The notes under the pieces: model-generated
What the model was told of the DNA's origin: nothing
The model's database searches: none
The model's input: the letters and a program-made list of their open reading frames with translations, nothing else
In this document: positions 42,210-64,000 of the stretch, piece after piece
How positions within the stretch are numbered: position 1 is the first letter of the stretch
Layout: each line of letters starts with the position of its first letter
Source: the human T2T-CHM13v2.0 reference genome, Homo sapiens
Direction: 5' to 3' (one strand)
Assembly (NCBI RefSeq): GCF_009914755.1
Contig: NC_060940.1
DNA length: 64,000 nucleotides
Program-made: the position numbers and the translations under genes

Positions 42210-42555
42210 TATGCTAAAAAAGAACAAGATCATGTCTTTTGAGGAAGCAAGATCATGGGTGGAGCTGGAGGCCATTATCCTTAGCAAACTAATGCAGGAA
42301 CAGAAAACCAAATACCACGTGTTCTCACTCATATGTGGGAGCTGAATGATGAGAACTCATGGACACAAAGAAGAGAACAACAGACACTGGGGTTCGCTTA
42401 AGGGAGGAGAGAGAGAGGAGCAGAAAAGATAACTACTGGGTACTGGGCTAAATACCTGGGTGATGAAATAATCTGTACAACAAATCCCCATGACATGAGT
42501 TTACGATTTGTTACCTATATAACAAACCTTCACATGTACTCCCAAACCTAAAAGT
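42210..42555 (+). mobile_element. L1PB/L1MA-type 3' end
   Basis: catgggtggagctggaggccattatccttagcaaacta...gttctcactcatatgtgggagct...tacctgggtgatgaaataatctgtacaacaaa. Confidence 0.9.
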
Positions 42556-42586
42556 TTTTTTTTTTTTAAGTATGCTTGCTATTTTA

Positions 42587-42748
<162 letters not shown>

Positions 42749-42867
42749 TCAAAATAAATAAATATACTTTATTTATTTCATAAAATGAAAATATATAAAG
42801 AAAAGGCCGGGTGCAGTGGCTCACGCCTGTAATCCCAGCACTTTGGGAGGCCGAGGCAGGTGGATCA

Positions 42868-43160
<293 letters not shown>

Positions 43161-43556
43161 TTAAGCATTTGGCATTTATCCTTCCAGGCCTTTCTGGGTG
43201 GAAATGCAGCCTGCATGCACCAGTATGCAAAGCTTCCAGCTCTGCCCATCCCAGCTGGTGGTGTGGCAGCCCCACTCTGATCTATGGGGACTCCATCCTG
43301 ACTGGTTGGTGCTTGCATCTCTCCTGCCTACATATAACTCACCATTTCACTTTCTCTTTCCATCAACAACATATCCTGTGCTTCTGCATCCTTCCATGAC
43401 AGTGTGTATAAATGTACGTTGTTGGTGTTCACTGCTCCGTGGTGTGCCACAAGTCTGGGTGCATTGTCGTACCTTACATATTGCTAGACTTCTTGCCCCA
43501 GATGACAGGTGTGCCCTTCCTTTCACTAAAAGATGCTTTTGTCCCTTCTTCTTTAG

Positions 43557-43766
<210 letters not shown>

Positions 43767-44119
43767 GGGACTCGAGAGAGGCGGGCCCCAGACCCATGTG
43801 CTGGGAAATGCAGAAATCACGTTGCTGGTGGTTTTTCAGCTCCCTTCCCTTGAGATGAGTTTCTGGGGAAAAAAAAGAGACTGGTTAGTGATGCAGTTAG
43901 TATAGCTTTATACTCTCTCCACTTTATAGCTCTAATAAGTTTGTGTTAGAAAAGTTTCGACTTATTTCTTAAAGCTTTTTTTTTTTTCCCATCACTCTTT
44001 ACATGGTGGTGATGTCCAAAAGATACCCAAATTTTAATATTCCAGAAGAACAACTTTAGCATCAGAAGGTTCACCCAGCACCTTGCAGATTTTCTTAAGG
44101 AATTTTGTCTCACTTTTAA

Positions 44120-44782
<663 letters not shown>

Positions 44783-45785
44783 CTCCATGTTTTAATATCA
44801 ACTCTCACTCCTGAATTCAGTTGCTTTGCCCAAGATAGGAGTTCTCTGATGCAGAAATTATTGGGCTCTTTTAGGGTAAGAAGTTTGTGTCTTTGTCTGG
44901 CCACATCTTGACTAGGTATTGTCTACTCTGAAGACCTTTAATGGCTTCCCTCTTTCATCTCCTGAGTATGTAACTTGCAATGGGCAGCTATCCAGTGACT
45001 TGTTCTGAGTAAGTGTGTTCATTAATGTTTATTTAGCTCTGAAGCAAGAGTGATATACTCCAGGACTTAGAATAGTGCCTAAAGTGCTGCAGCCAAAGAC
45101 AGAGCGGAACTATGAAAAGTGGGCTTGGAGATGGCAGGAGAGCTTGTCATTGAGCCTGGCAATTTAGCAAACTGATGCTGAGGATGATTGAGGTGGGTCT
45201 ACCTCATCTCTGAAAATTCTGGAAGGAATGGAGGAGTCTCAACATGTGTTTCTGACACAAGATCCGTGGTTTGTACTCAAAGCCCAGAATCCCCAAGTGC
45301 CTGCTTTTGATGATGTCTACAGAAAATGCTGGCTGAGCTGAACACATTTGCCCAATTCCAGGTGTGCACAGAAAACCGAGAATATTCAAAATTCCAAATT
45401 TTTTTCTTAGGAGCAAGAAGAAAATGTGGCCCTAAAGGGGGTTAGTTGAGGGGTAGGGGGTAGTGAGGATCTTGATTTGGATCTCTTTTTATTTAAATGT
45501 GAATTTCAACTTTTGACAATCAAAGAAAAGACTTTTGTTGAAATAGCTTTACTGTTTCTCAAGTGTTTTGGAGAAAAAAATCAACCCTGCAATCACTTTT
45601 TGGAATTGTCTTGATTTTTCGGCAGTTCAAGCTATATCGAATATAGTTCTGTGTAGAGAATGTCACTGTAGTTTTGAGTGTATACATGTGTGGGTGCTGA
45701 TAATTGTGTATTTTCTTTGGGGGTGGAAAAGGAAAACAATTCAAGCTGAGAAAAGTATTCTCAAAGATGCATTTTTATAAATTTT

Positions 45786-45791
45786 ATTAAA
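45786..45791 (+). terminator. CDH1 polyadenylation signal (ATTAAA variant)
   Basis: ATTAAA in a U-rich context, followed by a CA near 45806 and a U/GU-rich stretch (ttgtcgaatttgttttattt). Confidence 0.85.
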
Positions 45792-45896
45792 CAATTTTGT
45801 TAAACCATTGTCGAATTTGTTTTATTTGATTCCACCACATTTCCAGTCAAGAGAAAAGATGCATGGAGATGGCCTCAGTCAAAACGTGGAGAAAGA

Positions 45897-46194
<298 letters not shown>

Positions 46195-46427
46195 TTAAAA
46201 AACTTCATGCTGAAGTGACTTCTCCAGAAGTTTCTATCATTCTACTGGATGAACATGGGAGAAACTACATTCACATGGTAACTTTATTTGAACAGTATCC
46301 ATCCATGTGGCATGTGATGAAACCAATAAAATTCCCATGTCCACGGGAGACTGTGTGGGCCAAGCTGAAGGACGGGACAGAGCAAAGTTTCAAACGATGT
46401 TCTCGGGGTCAGCAAGTGAGTACAGGC

Positions 46428-46618
46428 CAGTGGTTCTCTGCTGGGGAAGAATGTAGCCCCCTCCTCCATGTGACATTTTGCAATTTCTGGAGTACCTGGG
46501 GAGGTGGTCTTGTCACCACATCAAGGCCAGGGGTGCTGCTAAACATCCCTGCACGGGACAGTTCCTCACAACAAAGAATTATCCAGCACAAAATGTCAGC
46601 CACTGTTAAGAAACCCTG
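46428..46618 (+). mobile_element. MER20 relic
   Basis: cagtggttctc...ggccaggggtgctgctaaacatcc...acaacaaagaattatccagcacaaaatgtca...ttaagaaaccctg with both termini present. Confidence 0.85.
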
Positions 46619-46725
46619 GTGTAAGCCTAAAACTTTTCTCTGTTGAAGGGGTATGACTTTTTTCTTTGGGTAATTTTTTATTGTAAAATACAACATAAAA
46701 TTTATGATTTTAGCCCTTTTGTTAA

Positions 46726-53495
<6,770 letters not shown>

Positions 53496-53669
53496 TGAAT
53501 ATTGTTTTTCTTATCCATACTTCACTGTAAGCAGATGGAAGCATCTGTCTGCTTCATTATGTCTGCCAGTGTTGAGTACCTGAGTATTTTCATATTGAAA
53601 TATAGCTTTAATGATACATTACTTCTCTCTTCCTTCTTTACATAGCGGTTAATCATATTGAGCTTCTGA

Positions 53670-54350
<681 letters not shown>

Positions 54351-55221
54351 TGAGGGCGCAGGGGCCAGCATGGACCCTTGAGATTTGTACGAAATGCCAA
54401 GAAGTCCAGACATCGGAAGCAGTGACGTTTGAAATGGGTTTGGGGAGAGTATTTAGGGGTTACCAGGCGCTTTTAATCTTTGTGGTGCGTGGACAGTTTC
54501 TTCCCAGTCTAAAATCTGAAGGGATATTGGGAGTGGTTGAAGCTGCTACTCCTTTTGCGACTGAGGACACCCAAGGCTCACTGAAGAAATTAAGTAACCT
54601 GTCCAAGATCACGTGGTCAAATTAGGGGCAGAACACGGACCTAGGCCCGAGATCTACTGAACCCCCTTCTCAGAATCAGACAAATTGTTCAGTATAGGGG
54701 CTCTGATGTTATCTGGAGCTTTTGGAAAGGACGTGGAAGATAGAGCTCTGCTTATCACTGGGGTGTATATTTGGGGGAAGGGATGGGAAGGGATCTGTAG
54801 AATTAGCAAGGGCACATGAAAGGCCAAAGGGGATCACCTCCCAGTCTCAGATTTTATACTTAAAACTGCAAAAACTTCTGCAAACATTACACCACACCAG
54901 CGGGAAGTGAACACAAGTTACTAATATTAGTAAATGAGTGCCTACTAAGTATCAGTCCCCATAGTAGGCTGTTGACATACACATCATTTAATCCTCATTA
55001 CGATCCCCTGGGATCGGTACTACTTGTATTCAATTTTTACGGATGAAGGACCAAGGTTCAGGTACATTGGAAATTGCCCAATGTCAGACTAGTAAGTGGC
55101 AGAATTTGAATTTAGGTTATTTCCACTAAAAGTATGGTAAATATGCTACATTGTCTCAATTAAGAGTCAGACTGCAAAATAGAATTTTAAGTTGCTAATC
55201 GAGAGGTCACTTGTCTTCTAA

Positions 55222-60535
<5,314 letters not shown>

Positions 60536-60873
60536 CTAGCTGTTCTTTTATCCTATATTTTATATTTTTATATTTGTATTTCTTTTATCTGAGAATATTG
60601 GTTCCTAATGAAATTAATGTATTATATATGTGCATGTATACATACCCATACATATATAAATATATAATCACACATTATATAAAATGTGTAATCACACAAT
60701 ACATACTCATCCAGGTCTATAATCTTTTCAAAGAACAAATCCAACATTACCACTACAAACCCACTGTTTAAGGGGTTTTTGTTTGGTTTTTGTTCTCAGG
60801 ATATACAAAATTCTTTATTTCAAGTCTCTTAAAATAATTTTCTGTGTGGTTATGCTGCTAACTTAATATAGAG

Positions 60874-61093
60874 TAGGAGTTAGTAAACTTTTTCTCTGAA
60901 GGACCAGATAGTAAATATTTTGAGCTTTGCGGCCCATATGGTCTCTGTTGTAACTACTCAACTCTGTCACTGTATCTCAAAAGCAGCCATAGACTATATG
61001 TAAATGGGCATAACTGTGTTCCAGTAAAACCTTATTCATGAAAACAGTTGGTGGGCCAGATTTGGACTGCAGATCATAGTTTGGTGACCTTTG
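60874..61093 (+). mobile_element. MER58A-like hAT DNA transposon relic
   Basis: aaactttttct..gaaggaccagatagtaaatatttt..gctttgcgg..catatggtctctgttg.aactactcaactctg...ggccagatttgg. Confidence 0.8.
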
Positions 61094-61327
61094 ACATAGA
61101 GCGCAGAATTTGGTTCATTGGTTCATTTGTTTGTTTTTCATTTTTAGGAATTGTTTTGCATTTTCTTTTTGATTTAATTTTTTTAACTATGAAAAACATC
61201 TGTTGTGCTCTAAAACTAATAAAATTAGATACAGTTATCCATGTTTCCTCCTCTGCTCTCTCCCTCTCTCTGTAGATGACTTATTTTAATTAGCTTTAAA
61301 TTTATTCTTAAATTGCTTCTTTTTTGA

Positions 61328-61657
<330 letters not shown>

Positions 61658-61739
61658 TGATCCGCCCACCTCGGCCTCCCAAAGTGCTGGGATTACAGGC
61701 ATGAGCCACCACGCCCGGCCTGCATCTTACTTTTTAAAT

Positions 61740-64000
61740 TTAGTGTCTTAGCAATCGGTACATGATGGTACGTATAAATCTTCCGTTTTCTCTTTTATAG
61801 CTGCATAGTTTATTCAACCAGTTCTCTACTAGTGGACATTTGGGTTGTTTTCAAGTCTTTTGCTAATTTAAGAAGTACTGCAATGAATAGTCTTGTAAAT
61901 ACGTAATTTTGCATTGTTTGCCTGTGTATCTATAGGATAGATTCCTAAAAGTGGGATTGCTGGGCCAAAGGGAAATGCCTATGTAATTTTGCTAGATATT
62001 GCCAAATTTCTGTCCTTGGGGATGTACCATTTTAGTTCCTACCAACAATGTATGAGAGTGTGTGTTTCCTCACAGACTTGCTACAGAATGTGTTATAAAA
62101 CTTTTGGATTTTAGCCAGTTCGATAGATGGAAAGTGATATTTCAGTATAACTTTAATTTACTTTTCTCTTATTATGAGCAAGATTGATCATATGTTCATG
62201 TTTAAGGGCCATTTGCATTTCTTTTCCTATAAACTGTCTGTATCTTTTGCTCATGTAATGTTTTATACTCTTTGTTCACATTCGAATATATTATGAACAT
62301 GTCATTAAATAATGTTCAGCATTTAATGGCTACAAAATATTCCATTGTTTATTCATTCAACAACAATTTATTAAACAGCTTTTACTTGTCAGGCTTTGTT
62401 CCAGGCAAAGAGAATACAGCAGTGAACAAAACAAATCAATACCCCTGTTTTCTAGGTGCTTTGATTCTAGTTGGTAGAAAGACAATAAACAATAAACAAA
62501 ATAAGTACTTCACATACATATAGTATGTTAGATAGAATTAGACCATAATTTACTCAACAAACACCTGTTATGGGACATGCATTTCTAATTTTACACTATT
62601 ATAAATCATGCAGTATTGGACATAGTTATTATCAATTACATTTTGATTCCTTCTAATTTGTTTCTTACAAGGTATATTAGCTTTAGTTTTGAGGTCTGTT
62701 GCTTGTATTTATATTTTCAAAAAAAAAATTTAGTTTATTTGACCTGGCTGATGTCCATATATATTTTCAAAATTTTATTATGGTTTTCTAAACAAATAGA
62801 AAAGCTCGTGGCCAGGTGCAGTAGCTCATGCCTGTAATCCCAACACTTTGGGGAGGCTGAGGCGGGAGGATTGCTTGAGCCCAGGAGGTCAAGACCAGCC
62901 TGGGCAACATAGTGAGACCCCCACATCTCTACAAAAGATGAAAAAATTAGTCAGGTGGGGTGGTATGCAACTGTGGTCCCAGCTACTGGAGAGGCTGAGA
63001 TGGGAGGACTGCTTGAGCCCAAGAATCAAAGGTACAGTGAATTGTGATTGCATCACTGCACCCCAGCCTGGGTGACAGAGCGAGACCCCCGTCTCAAAAA
63101 GAAAAAGAAAAAAAGAAAAGTTGAAAGAATTATATGGCGAACACCCTTATACACATCATTTAGATTCCACAATTCACATTTTATTATATTTGCTTGATCA
63201 CATTTCTATCCATTTATCCATGCATCAACTCATGTTTTCTCTTTTTTTGATGCGTTCAAAGTAAGTTGCAGATATCAGTACATTTTAGCCATAAACACTT
63301 CAGCATTGTAACATTAACTAGAGTTTAATATTTATTTGGGTTTTTTGTAGTTCATTTGTTTTAGGTAAAATTTATATACAATGAAATGCACAAATAATAC
63401 ATACATCATTCAGTGAGTTTTAAAAATGCATGTACTTGGCTGAGGCATGAGAATCACTTGAACCCAGGAGACAGGGTTTGCAGTGATCTGAGATCACACC
63501 ACTGCACTCTAGCCTGGGTGACAGAGCGAGACTCTGTCTAAAAAAAAAAAAAAAGCATATACTTTTGTCATTGAAACCCCTGTCAAGATACACATTGTTA
63601 CTTCCAGGTGAGAAAAGGAAAAAAAAAAGAAACCTAAAGAAAAAACAGATATGCATCATTACTATTATCCCAGAAAGTTCCCTTCTGCCCTTTCACAATC
63701 ATTTCCCACTCCTGCTCCCCTAGAGATAACTGGTTCTAGGTTTTTTAACCCGTAGATTAGTTTTGCCTATTCTAGAATTTAATATAAACAAGAAACATCT
63801 TTTTGGCTATGTGGGCTGTTTCCAGTTTTGGGGTATTATGAATAGTGCTGCTATGAACATTCTTGTACAAGTCTTTGTTATGAAAATGTATATTGTGTAT
63901 TAATTTTTCTTGGACAAGTATGTTAGAGTGGAATTGCTGGATTATAGGGTAGGTATATGTTTGGTTTTCTAAGAAACTGCCAGACCAACTGAGCTTTGAT
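61740..64000 (-). mobile_element. Old antisense L1M fragments interspersed with Alus
   Basis: ggacatttgggttgttt..., gctgctatgaacattcttgtacaagtcttt, gtggaattgctgg, accaacaatgtatgagagt. Confidence 0.75.

Overview
Human (primate) genomic DNA, chr16q22.1. The window holds the 3' part of intron 2 and exons 3-16 of CDH1 (E-cadherin, + strand). All 14 exons have GT-AG boundaries and sum to 2486 coding nt, which with the 163 nt of exons 1-2 gives the known 2649-nt CDS. The ~2-kb 3'UTR follows, then an Alu-rich spacer, then the CpG-island promoter and first coding exon of TANGO6 (+). Intron 12 carries a sense-oriented processed ferritin light-chain pseudogene (FTLP14) with a poly(A) tail and target-site duplication. 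A decayed RPS26 retrocopy fragment sits upstream of TANGO6. The rest is dominated by Alus, with MIR, L2, L1, MER20, MER5, MER58 and MaLR-like relics. Nearly all ORFs in the supplied track are Alu artefacts. I see no new multi-gene system; the locus is well studied. The best leads are: (1) the FTL retrocopy supplies two sense AATAAA signals behind a weak exon-12 donor, just before the transmembrane exon, predicting an intronic-polyadenylation soluble E-cadherin; (2) apparent templated insertions in intron 2 (a 150-bp motif-bearing duplication ending in a perfect hairpin, and a 30-bp FOX-site copy inside an Alu); (3) a strong-Kozak uORF overlapping a YY1 motif ahead of TANGO6. Repeat subfamily names and comparisons to reference sequences are from recall, not database searches.
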